64,000 bases of DNA, taken from Fibrobacter sp. (lineage in GTDB: Bacteria; Fibrobacterota; Fibrobacteria; Fibrobacterales; Fibrobacteraceae). Within the stretch, counting starts at the first letter, position 1. Each line of letters opens with the position of its first letter. The position numbers and the translations under genes are program-made. The stretch spans positions 23,140-87,139 of the forward strand of contig JAZLHK010000052.1 of NCBI GenBank assembly GCA_045616805.1, in the 5' to 3' direction. Shown piece after piece: positions 35,500-44,361 of the stretch. Under the pieces are notes generated by a model, which saw nothing but the letters and a program-made list of their open reading frames with translations, had not been told where the DNA came from and made no database searches.

Positions 35500-36747
35500 C
35501 TATTCATGCCTAATCGCTCCCACGGGGTCAAGACGGCTTGCCTTCCAGGCCGGCAAAATAGTTGCAAGAATGCACAGGGCAATTCCAATCACGAACACAA
35601 GAACAACATCCAGCAAGTGCACGGAAATCGGGAAATAGGGAATCACATAGACGTCGCCGGGCAAGGTAATGAAGTGATACTTTTCCTGCAGTTTGCAAAG
35701 AATCAGGCCAATGGATCCGCCAACAAGGGTTCCTCCAACACCAATAAAACTGCCCATGAGCATAAACACACGCATGATTCCGGCCTTGCTGAAACCCATG
35801 CTGCGGAGAATGCCGATTTCCTTCGTCTTATCGATAACCACCATAATCAGGGAACTGATAATGTTGAAGGCGGCCACAAGAATAATGAGACAGATGACAG
35901 CAGCTACAATGAACTTTTCATAGTTCATCCACTTCAGCAGGGTGATATTCTTGGACTTCCAGTCCAGGACGTAATACGGGTAGGACAGCCACTCCGCAAT
36001 TTTATCTACGGCTTCACCAGCCTTCCAGTGGTCCGTAATTCGGAACTGGATACCGGAAACGGCATTACCGATACCCATGAGTTTTTGCAACTGGTGCAAA
36101 CCTACATAGGCTAACTGGCCATCGTATTCATAGGTACCCGTTTCAAAGATGCCGCTTACCACGCACATCATCATGCGAGAACCACCAGCACTGACAGCCT
36201 CATCCGGGCTCTGGAAAAGCTGAAGCACAAGCTTATCGCCAACAACCACACGAAGACGGTTGGCAAGACCGCTACCCAGAAGAATTCCCGGACGGAGAGT
36301 TCCGTTCAGATCTTCCAGACTGTCAACGGAATACTCGCCCCACTTCATGTACTTGTGAATATCGGTAACACCCTTGGAGGTTTCCTGATCGATACCGTAA
36401 ATCACGATACCATCATTCACCTTCTTACTGCTGATTCCCACCTTATAGATGATGAAGGGAGATGCGGCAACCACTTCGGAGTCACGGGAGCGCACTTCCT
36501 GAATCAGACTGTCATAGGCAACGATATGTTCCCCATTGTAGGCCATCAGTTCGAAGTGAGCGTCCTTCCCTATCATCTGGGCGGTGACTTCTTCTTCAAA
36601 GCCATTGACCGCAGCAAGGGCAACCACCAGCGCAAAGACGCCGATACTTACCCCAAGCATACTGAAGATACCGATAAGCGAAACAAAGAGACTCTTACGC
36701 TGAGCCCCCAGGTAACGCCATGCAATAAGCCATTCAAGTTTATTCAT
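35500..36747 (-). CDS. lolE: Lipoprotein-releasing system permease (LolC/E, FtsX-like)
   Basis: 415 aa with MacB-like periplasmic domain architecture and a C-terminal FtsX domain. Confidence 0.8.
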   Translation of the reverse strand: MNKLEWLIAWRYLGAQRKSLFVSLIGIFSMLGVSIGVFALVVALAAVNGFEEEVTAQMIGKDAHFELMAYNGEHIVAYDSLIQEVRSRDSEVVAASPFIIYKVGISSKKVNDGIVIYGIDQETSKGVTDIHKYMKWGEYSVDSLEDLNGTLRPGILLGSGLANRLRVVVGDKLVLQLFQSPDEAVSAGGSRMMMCVVSGIFETGTYEYDGQLAYVGLHQLQKLMGIGNAVSGIQFRITDHWKAGEAVDKIAEWLSYPYYVLDWKSKNITLLKWMNYEKFIVAAVICLIILVAAFNIISSLIMVVIDKTKEIGILRSMGFSKAGIMRVFMLMGSFIGVGGTLVGGSIGLILCKLQEKYHFITLPGDVYVIPYFPISVHLLDVVLVFVIGIALCILATILPAWKASRLDPVGAIRHE

Positions 36748-36753
36748 ACACAG

Positions 36754-36860
36754 TTGCGAGCTATGAGTTGTGAGCTATGAGTTGTGAGCTATGAGCTATG
36801 AGTATTGAGCGCATCAGGGCTCACAGCGCAGCGGGCTCACTTCTCATCACTCAATGCTAT
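36754..36860. repeat. Palindromic heptad element filling the lysS-lolE spacer
   Basis: Eight units on the plus strand (36754-36809): TTGCGAG CTATGAG TTGTGAG CTATGAG TTGTGAG CTATGAG CTATGAG TATTGAG. Then GGGCTCAC twice, then CTCA at 36836, 36843 and 36850. Confidence 0.9.
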
Positions 36861-36861
36861 G

Positions 36862-38376
36862 CTAAACCTCCGGTTTCATCAGCGGGAAGAGCTGCACGTC
36901 GCGGATGGTTTCCTGGTTGGTGAGCAGCATGATCATACGGTCGATACCGAAGCCCACACCGCCGGTAGGAGGCAGGCCGGATTCGATAGCGTGCAGGAAG
37001 TTTTCGTCCATGGGGTGAGTTTCGCCTTCACCACCACGGCCACGGCGGACCTGGTCTTCCAGAAGTTCGCGCTGGCGCAGAGGATCGTTAAGTTCAGTAT
37101 AGGCGTTGCCCAGTTCCCAGCCGTTGGCGTAGGGTTCGAACTGTTCAATGAGGCCTTCGACTGTACGGTGCTTCTTGCAGAGCGGAGTAGATTCGGTGGG
37201 CATGTCCATGATGAAGGTGGGCTGGATCAGCTGTTCTTCAACAGTCAGTTCAAACAGTTCCAGAATGCCACGGCCGCGGCTGAATTCGCCATCCAGATGG
37301 CCACCCAGTTCGTCGATCTTGGCCTGAATCTGTTCATCGGACAGGTCGTCCACCTTGATGCCGCCGAACTTTTCGATAGCGCCCTTCATGGTGTAGCGGG
37401 GCCACGGAGCCTTGAAGTCGATTTCCTTGCCCTGGGTCACAATCTTAGTGGTGCCGTTTGCAGCGATACAGGCGCGTTCGTAGATGTTTTCGAAGTGAAC
37501 CATCATGTCGTTGTAGTCGGCATAGGCTTCGTAGAATTCCAGACCGGTGAATTCCGGGCTATGGGTACGGTCCATACCTTCGTTACGGAAGTTCTTGGAG
37601 AATTCGAAAACCTTTTCCATACCGCCAACAATGCAGCGCTTCAGGTAAAGTTCCGGAGCCACACGCATGTAGAGAGTCATGTCGGCAGCGTTATGGTGAG
37701 TGGTGAACGGACGAGCGTTTGCACCGCCATAGATGGGCTGCAAGGTCGGGGTTTCCACTTCAATGAAGCCCTTTTCGATGAGATATTCACGGATGGACTG
37801 CATGATCTTGGAACGCTTGATGAATACTTCCTTCACGTCGTCGTTCAGGGCCATGTCCACATAGCGCTGACGATAGCGGGTATCTACGTCGGCAAATTCG
37901 TTGAACACCACCTTGTTGCCGTTTTCGTCGATCTTTTCCTTGGCAACGGGAAGCGGGCGCACAGCCTTGGAAAGCATGGTCACCTTCTTCACGCGTACGG
38001 AGTATTCACCACTCTGGGTTTCAAACATGGTTCCGTTTACGCCGATGAAGTCACCAAGGTCGGTCATCTTAACGATTTCGTAGTTTTCTTCGCCAACTTC
38101 GTCGCGGGCGCACACAACCTGCAGGCGGCCATAACGGTCCTTCAGGTGCATAAAGCACATCTTGCCCTTACGATTGAAACGAACAACACGACCAGCAAAA
38201 CCCACTTCCTCCTGGGATGCGATCAGGGCGTCCTTGTTTTCCTTAAGGACCTTGGAATCGTGAGTGCGGTTGAACTTGTGCGGATAGGCTTCGATACCCA
38301 TTTCCTTGAACTTTTCGAGCTTGTCAAGGCGGGCCTTCACCTGGTCATTCATATCGGGCAAAATAACATTAGACAT
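36862..38376 (-). CDS. lysS: Lysine--tRNA ligase (class II)
   Basis: 504 aa with an OB-fold N-terminal domain and class II motifs. Confidence 0.93.
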   Translation of the reverse strand: MSNVILPDMNDQVKARLDKLEKFKEMGIEAYPHKFNRTHDSKVLKENKDALIASQEEVGFAGRVVRFNRKGKMCFMHLKDRYGRLQVVCARDEVGEENYEIVKMTDLGDFIGVNGTMFETQSGEYSVRVKKVTMLSKAVRPLPVAKEKIDENGNKVVFNEFADVDTRYRQRYVDMALNDDVKEVFIKRSKIMQSIREYLIEKGFIEVETPTLQPIYGGANARPFTTHHNAADMTLYMRVAPELYLKRCIVGGMEKVFEFSKNFRNEGMDRTHSPEFTGLEFYEAYADYNDMMVHFENIYERACIAANGTTKIVTQGKEIDFKAPWPRYTMKGAIEKFGGIKVDDLSDEQIQAKIDELGGHLDGEFSRGRGILELFELTVEEQLIQPTFIMDMPTESTPLCKKHRTVEGLIEQFEPYANGWELGNAYTELNDPLRQRELLEDQVRRGRGGEGETHPMDENFLHAIESGLPPTGGVGFGIDRMIMLLTNQETIRDVQLFPLMKPEV

Positions 38377-38646
38377 ATTGTACCTATGGATTAAATTTTG
38401 AACGGGGTAAATTTAAAAAAAATACGAATTTCCCTAATTTTTGAAATTGCGAAATTCGACAGAATTCGAACATTCTGAGAGTCAATTCAAAAAAAGGGGC
38501 CGTAAACGAAAAAAGCAAAAATGAAAAAATATTCATACGAAAAACGCCATCACACTTAGTACAGTTAACAAAAATTTACAAGAATGTCTTTCAACATGGA
38601 ACACGTGTTCATTACCAGAAGTACAAGGAAAAACTAATGATAACCC

Positions 38647-39006
38647 GTGTCCAGAAAAGAAACTCCAAAGATTATCCAAGAAAGGAAAGCCCTAGCCAGG
38701 GTTATTCGAGAAAAACTCGATGAACTCGGCAAGGACCTCACCTTCCTATCCCAGGAATCGGGAGTTTGCAAGCGTTCCATCAAAAATTGGTGCAGCGGGA
38801 AAACTACTCCAGACTACATAAGTCTTCTGGAAATCGCACAAACCCTATACGGCAACTTCGGGGACATGTGCCGAGATATTGAAAAATGCCGAGAAGAAAT
38901 GGTGATTCCCATGGACAAGGTCGCCGATAAGCAGATGGCCCAGGTATACATAGCCTCCGTAAAGAAGAGGGCGCAGGAATCTAGACGCAAGGAAAACGAA
39001 AAATAG
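38647..39006 (+). CDS. XRE-type helix-turn-helix protein
   Basis: 119 aa with a GTG start. LTFLSQESGVCKRSIKNWCSGKTTP is HTH-like. The C-terminus is basic. Confidence 0.5.
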   Translation: MSRKETPKIIQERKALARVIREKLDELGKDLTFLSQESGVCKRSIKNWCSGKTTPDYISLLEIAQTLYGNFGDMCRDIEKCREEMVIPMDKVADKQMAQVYIASVKKRAQESRRKENEK

Positions 39007-39029
39007 AGTTCAGGAAAGTTAGCGAAATG

Positions 39030-39443
39030 CTAGCCCTGTTCGTCCAGCCACCTTTGCAAAATAATCTGTGCGGCCAGCTGGTCAATGACAGCCTTATTCT
39101 TCTGCTTTTTCTTTTTGCTGAAATGGGAAGTACAGGCCTGAGCCTGGACGCTGGAATAGGATTCGTCCTGAGTGTATACGGGCATTCCCGGGAATCGGTC
39201 CTTCAGATCAACAATAAACTTTTCCACCACCACATTCTTGCCATCGGTACGACCGTCCGGATGATAGGGCATCCCCACCACAAAGGCATCAACCTTGTTC
39301 ACCTTCACCAGTTCATCGAGACGAACCCAGAGGTTGGTAATCTTCTGGTCAATGGTCTCACGGGCAAAGGCAAATTTCAGTTCGGAATCTGCGAAAGCGA
39401 CACCAACGCGATGTTCACCGTAGTCAAGAGCGAGGTAGTTCAT
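39030..39443 (-). CDS. ruvX: Holliday-junction-resolvase-like pre-16S rRNA nuclease (YqgF)
   Basis: MNYLALDYGEHRVGVAFAD..., 137 aa. Confidence 0.88.
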   Translation of the reverse strand: MNYLALDYGEHRVGVAFADSELKFAFARETIDQKITNLWVRLDELVKVNKVDAFVVGMPYHPDGRTDGKNVVVEKFIVDLKDRFPGMPVYTQDESYSSVQAQACTSHFSKKKKQKNKAVIDQLAAQIILQRWLDEQG

Positions 39444-39450
39444 GAGTTCA

Positions 39451-39541
39451 ATTGAAAATTGATGATTGATGATTGATGATTACAAAAATATCAATTGGTA
39501 TACCAATTATCAATTGTTCATTATCAATTATCAATCAAAAA
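39451..39541. repeat. Heptad array (ATTGATG)3, 16-bp perfect palindrome, then (TTATCAA)n, all in one 7-nt register
   Basis: ATTGATG three times at 39458-39478. AATTGGTATACCAATT at 39493-39508. TTATCAA at 39507, 39521 and 39528. Confidence 0.9.
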
Positions 39542-39667
39542 CGCGTTAGGGGGCGTCGCACGTAGGTGGCAAGACCCGTAGGGGCTTGATGAGCGCAGCG
39601 AGCAGCACCCGACCTGCGCCTTCACCGTAATTTGGGCTCCTCATTGGCGCAGGGAACGCCCTTACAG

Positions 39668-39702
39668 CGGTGAGATATGAGCGATGAGTATTGAGATGTG
39701 AA
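39668..39702 (+). repeat. Heptad array (NNNTGAG type)
   Basis: TGA at 39671, 39678, 39685, 39692 and 39699, at exact 7-nt spacing. Confidence 0.9.
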
Positions 39703-39729
39703 TCCTAAAAGAATCATTTCATCCCCAGA

Positions 39730-39771
39730 TTTCTGTCTACTGTCAACTAACAACTGTTTACTAATTACTAC
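39730..39771. repeat. Heptad array (NNNCTRN type; complement reads TTAGTAA/ACAGTAG) in the 5' leader of the activase gene
   Basis: TTTCTGT CTACTGT CAACTAA CAACTGT TTACTAA TTACTAC. Confidence 0.75.
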
Positions 39772-39784
39772 ATTTGCGCCCACT

Positions 39785-42700
39785 ATGAGTATTACAAAGA
39801 ATGATTTATGGGTCGGTGTTGACGTCGGTTCTACAACTGTTAAGATTGCCGTCGTCGATCCGGAAACCTCAAAGCTTTTACATTATACGTATCAAAGACA
39901 CAACGCCATGCAGGCCCAGAAGGTCCATGAAGTGTTGCGTGAAGCCCATGGTCTTTTCCCGGGCAAGAACTTCAGAGTCGCATTCTGCGGTAGCGGCGGT
40001 CAGCCCTTCGCCGATGCAACCCACTCATTCTTTGTGCAGGAAGTGGTGGCAAACGCCCTTGCTGTCCGCGCTACCTATCCCGATACTCGAGTTGCCATTG
40101 AACTGGGTGGTCAGGACGCCAAGGTGGTGTTCTTCGAAAAGGACCCCACCACGGGTAAGCTTATCGCCAGCGACATGCGTATGAACGGTGTCTGCGCAGG
40201 TGGTACCGGCGCATTTATCGACCAGGTGGCAGAACTCCTCCGCATCAAGACCGAAGCCTTCGAAGGCTTCGCCAAGCGTGGTCAGAAGGTTTATGAAATC
40301 TCTGGCCGTTGCGGTGTGTTCGCCAAGACCGACATCCAGCCCATGCTGAACAACGGTATCGCCAAGGAAGATATCGCCCTGTCCAGCTTCCACGCCATCG
40401 CCAAGCAGACCATCGGCGGTCTTGCCCAGGGTATGGAAATCAAGCCGCCCGTCATCTTCGAAGGTGGCCCGCTGACCTTTAACCCGACCCTCGTCCGCGC
40501 CTTCAAGGAACGCCTTGGCATTACTGACGAGCAGGCCATCGTTCCTGAACACTCCGAAGTACTCGTAGCAATGGGTGCCGCACTTTCCGTAGGCTCCATG
40601 TTCGCAGATCAGGAATGCTATTACCGCGAAGAAGGTTCCCTGGACTCCCTGGTCCACTTCAACGAAATTCGCCAGGCCGAACACAAGGCCAAGGCTGCCG
40701 CCGACCTGTTCTTCAAGGACGATGCCGAATACAAGCAGTTCCTGGAAGACCACAAGATGGCAGGCAACAACTACCCGCAGCCCGCCTCCGGCTCCGAACT
40801 GAACGTTTACCTGGGTATCGACGCCGGCTCCACCACCACCAAGTTCGTGTTGATGGATGAACAGGACAACATCGTGGACGGCTTCTACGCCTCCAACGAC
40901 GGTGAACCTCTGGCCGTGCTCAAGCGCGCCATGAACGAGCTTATCGACCGTTACGAAGAATACGGTTGCAAGCTGAACATTCTGGGCGTAGGTACCACCG
41001 GTTACGGCGAACAGCTTTTCGCCAAGGCAGTCCATGCAGACTACCACACCGTGGAAACCGTGGCTCACGCCAACGCCGCCCAGCGTCTCTGCCCCGACGT
41101 ATCCTTCATCCTGGATATCGGCGGTCAGGACATGAAGGCCATCTCCGTTACCGACGGCGTGGTCACCGGCATCATCCTGAACGAAGCCTGCTCCTCCGGT
41201 TGCGGTTCGTTCATCGAAACCTATGCCCGTTCCCTTGGCATCCCCATGGAAAAGATCGCCGAAATGGCCTTCAACGCCAAGAGCCCGTCCCAGCTGGGTT
41301 CCCGCTGCACCGTGTTCATGAACAGTTCCATCATTACGGAACAGCGCGACGGTAAGCAGCCCGAAGACATTATCGCAGGTATCTGCCGTTCCATTATAAA
41401 CAACGTTTTCACCAAGGTGATCCGTATCCGCAACCTCAACACCCTCGGTAAGAAGGTGGTGGTCCAGGGCGGTACCTTCAAGAACAACGCTGTGCTCCGC
41501 GCCTTTGAACAGTACACCGGCCTCAAGCCCATCCGTCCAGAACGTCCGGGTGAAATGGGTGCTATCGGTATTGCGCTCCTCACCAAGAAGTTCATGGAAG
41601 AAAAGCGCAAGGAAAATCCGGAACTGAAGTCCAGCTTCATCGGCCTCGACGCCATGAAGACCTTCAGCTGGCACAACCAGCCGGGTCAGCTCTGCCAGTA
41701 CTGCACCAACCACTGCTCCCGTACCATCGTGACCTTTAGCGATGGTCAGAGCTTCGTCACCGGCAACCGTTGCGAACGTGGTGAAGTCACCGCCGACCCC
41801 AACGATCCGAAGACCAAGGCCCTGATTGCAGAAATCAACAAGAAGATGATGTCCGTGCCCGACATGATCAAACGCACCAACCAGCTCCTGGTGAAGGACT
41901 ACGCTCCCGCTAAACTGGCTGAACCGCAGCTGAAGGCCGACGGCACTCAGAAGACCATCGGCATTCCCCGCGCTCTTGAATTCTGGGCATCCCTCCCCTT
42001 CTGGAAGGCTTTCTTCACAAGCCTCGGCTACACCGTTGTTGTAAGCCGCAGCTCCGACTACAAGATGTTCGAAGCAGGCCTCCACAGCGTGCCTTCTGAC
42101 ACCGTCTGCTTCCCGGCAAAACTGGTCCACGGCCACGTGCTTTCCCTTGTTGACAAGAAGGTGGACCGCATCTTCTTCCCCATGATGGTTTCTGTTCCCA
42201 GTGACCACACCAAGTTTGACGCAACCGCCGTCTGCCCCGTGGTCCAGGCCTATCCCAACGTCTGTAAGAACACTGACGATCCGGAACGTAACTTCAACAT
42301 TCCCATGGATCAGCCCATCTTCCACTGGTTCAACGCCAAGTTGCGCCGTTCCCAGACCATCGACTGGTTCAGCACCAACTGGGGTCTCGACAAGAAGATT
42401 ATCAGCAAGGCTGTAGATGAAGGCGAAAAGGCCCTCAACAACTACCGCACAACCTTGCTGGAAGAAGGCCAGAAGATTCTGGATGATGTCCGCGCAAAGA
42501 ACACCTTTGCCGTTGTGATCGCCGGCCGCCCCTACCATGTGGACCCGCTGATCAACCACAACATCGCCACCCACTTTACCGCCATGGGCATTCCGGTGCT
42601 TACCACCGAATCCCTCCCGGGCGTATACGACCAGGATGTTCCCAGTTCCACCCGCGTGGAAATCAAGAACACCTTCCACCTGCGTATGCTTGGCGCAACC

Positions 42701-44239
42701 ATGATTGCCGCCAAGGACCCCAACGTGGAACTGGCCCAGATCGTGAGCTTCGGTTGCGGTCATGACTCCATCCTGACCGACGAAATGATGCGCATGCTGC
42801 ATCGCGATTCCAACAAGGAAATGCTGATGCTGAAACTGGACGAAGGCGACGCCCGCGGCCCTGTAGGCATCCGTATCAAGAGCTTTATCGAAACCGTGAA
42901 GGCCCGCCGTGCAGCAAACCTGCCCGACAAGCCGGAATCCAACGAACCGCTCTTCACCACTCCGTTCCTCAAGGAAGACAAGGAACGCCGTACCATCCTG
43001 GTACCGAACCTCTCCCCCGCTTTCAGTGTGCTGGCAGCAGCCTACATGCGCGCCAAGGGTTACAAGGCAGCAAGCCTCCCCGTGGCCGACAAGCGCGCCA
43101 TTGAACTGGGTAAGAAGTTTGTCCATAACGACATCTGCTTCCCCTGCCAGGTGAACATCGGCGAAAACCTCCTGTGGCTGGAACAGCATCCCGAAGTCAA
43201 GCAGACTGAAGTTTCCATCGGCCTTTCCAAGAACTGCGAAAACTGCCGCGCCGTGCAGTACCCGGTTCTTGCCCGTAAGGCTCTAGACGAAGCCGGCTAC
43301 AAGGATGTTTCCATCATCACCACCGGTACCGATAACAAGAATATGCATCCGGGCTTTGCCCTTGGTCTCGACTTCCGTCTCCACATGCTGTGGGGCCTCG
43401 TGACCATGGATGCCATCGAAATCATGTACCGCGCACTTCGCCCCTACGAAGTTAACGCCGGCGACACCCAGAAGGTCTACGACGAATGGATGCCCAAGGT
43501 CATGGAACGTGCGGCAATCCTTTCCAAGCTGGAACTTGCAAAGCCCACTGCTGTGATCGAGCTCTTCCGCCAGACCATCGATGCTTTCAACTCTGTTGAA
43601 ATCACCGAGGATCGTAAGAAGGGTATCCGCAAGCCTCGCGTTGCCGTGCTTGGCGAAATCCTCATGAACTACCATCCCAGTGCCAACGGTTTCATCGAAG
43701 AATACCTGATGAACAACGGCATGGAAGTCTACCTGCCGGGCATGACCGACTTCTTCCGCGTGGACGAAATCGTGAAGGCCGAAAAGCTGAAGCGCGGTTT
43801 CTCCGCCAATCCTATTGAAGACCGCGTCATCGGTGGTGCAACCGCCAAGGTTTACACCCACGCCCTGAACGTTGTCCAGAAGGAAATGGAAGCCCGCTTC
43901 AAGCTGTACGAACATCATGCAGACTGCTACGAATTGATCCACATGGTTGGAGACATTATCGACCCCACCTACAACACCGGCGAAGGCTGGCTGATTCCGG
44001 GCGAAATTCTGTACAACTCCCAGCATGGCATCAACAGCCATATCATTCTGCAGCCTTTTGCCTGCCTTGCAAACCACATTTCCGGCCGCGGCCTCTCCAA
44101 GGCTGTTAAGGAACGTTGCCCCCATATCCAGATTCTGTCTTTGGACTACGATCCGGATACCAGCTTTGCAAACATCGAAAACCGTTTGCAGATGCTGATC
44201 ATCAACGCCCGCGAACTGGAAAAAGCTAATCAGCATTGA
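39785..44239 (+). CDS. Giant fusion protein: two BcrAD/BadFG-type ATPase (activase) domains plus a 2-hydroxyacyl-CoA-dehydratase-like/DUF2229 region
   Basis: Start MSITKNDLWVGVDVGSTTVKIAV. A second ATPase domain begins LGIDAGSTTTKFVL. The C-terminal roughly 750 aa contain Cys motifs (CQYCTNHC, CERG). 1484 aa in total. Confidence 0.8.
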   Translation: MSITKNDLWVGVDVGSTTVKIAVVDPETSKLLHYTYQRHNAMQAQKVHEVLREAHGLFPGKNFRVAFCGSGGQPFADATHSFFVQEVVANALAVRATYPDTRVAIELGGQDAKVVFFEKDPTTGKLIASDMRMNGVCAGGTGAFIDQVAELLRIKTEAFEGFAKRGQKVYEISGRCGVFAKTDIQPMLNNGIAKEDIALSSFHAIAKQTIGGLAQGMEIKPPVIFEGGPLTFNPTLVRAFKERLGITDEQAIVPEHSEVLVAMGAALSVGSMFADQECYYREEGSLDSLVHFNEIRQAEHKAKAAADLFFKDDAEYKQFLEDHKMAGNNYPQPASGSELNVYLGIDAGSTTTKFVLMDEQDNIVDGFYASNDGEPLAVLKRAMNELIDRYEEYGCKLNILGVGTTGYGEQLFAKAVHADYHTVETVAHANAAQRLCPDVSFILDIGGQDMKAISVTDGVVTGIILNEACSSGCGSFIETYARSLGIPMEKIAEMAFNAKSPSQLGSRCTVFMNSSIITEQRDGKQPEDIIAGICRSIINNVFTKVIRIRNLNTLGKKVVVQGGTFKNNAVLRAFEQYTGLKPIRPERPGEMGAIGIALLTKKFMEEKRKENPELKSSFIGLDAMKTFSWHNQPGQLCQYCTNHCSRTIVTFSDGQSFVTGNRCERGEVTADPNDPKTKALIAEINKKMMSVPDMIKRTNQLLVKDYAPAKLAEPQLKADGTQKTIGIPRALEFWASLPFWKAFFTSLGYTVVVSRSSDYKMFEAGLHSVPSDTVCFPAKLVHGHVLSLVDKKVDRIFFPMMVSVPSDHTKFDATAVCPVVQAYPNVCKNTDDPERNFNIPMDQPIFHWFNAKLRRSQTIDWFSTNWGLDKKIISKAVDEGEKALNNYRTTLLEEGQKILDDVRAKNTFAVVIAGRPYHVDPLINHNIATHFTAMGIPVLTTESLPGVYDQDVPSSTRVEIKNTFHLRMLGATMIAAKDPNVELAQIVSFGCGHDSILTDEMMRMLHRDSNKEMLMLKLDEGDARGPVGIRIKSFIETVKARRAANLPDKPESNEPLFTTPFLKEDKERRTILVPNLSPAFSVLAAAYMRAKGYKAASLPVADKRAIELGKKFVHNDICFPCQVNIGENLLWLEQHPEVKQTEVSIGLSKNCENCRAVQYPVLARKALDEAGYKDVSIITTGTDNKNMHPGFALGLDFRLHMLWGLVTMDAIEIMYRALRPYEVNAGDTQKVYDEWMPKVMERAAILSKLELAKPTAVIELFRQTIDAFNSVEITEDRKKGIRKPRVAVLGEILMNYHPSANGFIEEYLMNNGMEVYLPGMTDFFRVDEIVKAEKLKRGFSANPIEDRVIGGATAKVYTHALNVVQKEMEARFKLYEHHADCYELIHMVGDIIDPTYNTGEGWLIPGEILYNSQHGINSHIILQPFACLANHISGRGLSKAVKERCPHIQILSLDYDPDTSFANIENRLQMLIINARELEKANQH

Positions 44240-44275
44240 GCAGTGAGTAATGAGCCATGAGTAATGAGTTGTGAG
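44234..44275 (+). repeat. Heptad array (NNNTGAG type) whose first unit contains the activase stop codon
   Basis: TGA at 44237 (the stop codon), 44244, 44251, 44258, 44265 and 44272. Confidence 0.92.
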
Positions 44276-44361
44276 CAACTACTCGAACTCATGCAAAAAG
44301 GGACGTCGGTTTTTAACCGGCGCCCTTTATGTTTGCAGGAAAAAATTCTAAATTTGGCGCC

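Noticed and set aside
36754-36860. CRISPR array as an explanation for the periodic intergenic repeats.
   Set aside because: The units are 7 nt with no spacers, each array is only 30-110 bp long, and there are no cas genes.
39541-39667. A known structured RNA (SRP RNA, RNase P RNA, 6S RNA or a riboswitch) in the GC-rich part of the ruvX-activase spacer.
   Set aside because: None of the signature motifs I know is present (for example GGAAGCAGCC or GAGGAAAGTCC). Only generic competing GC stems were found.
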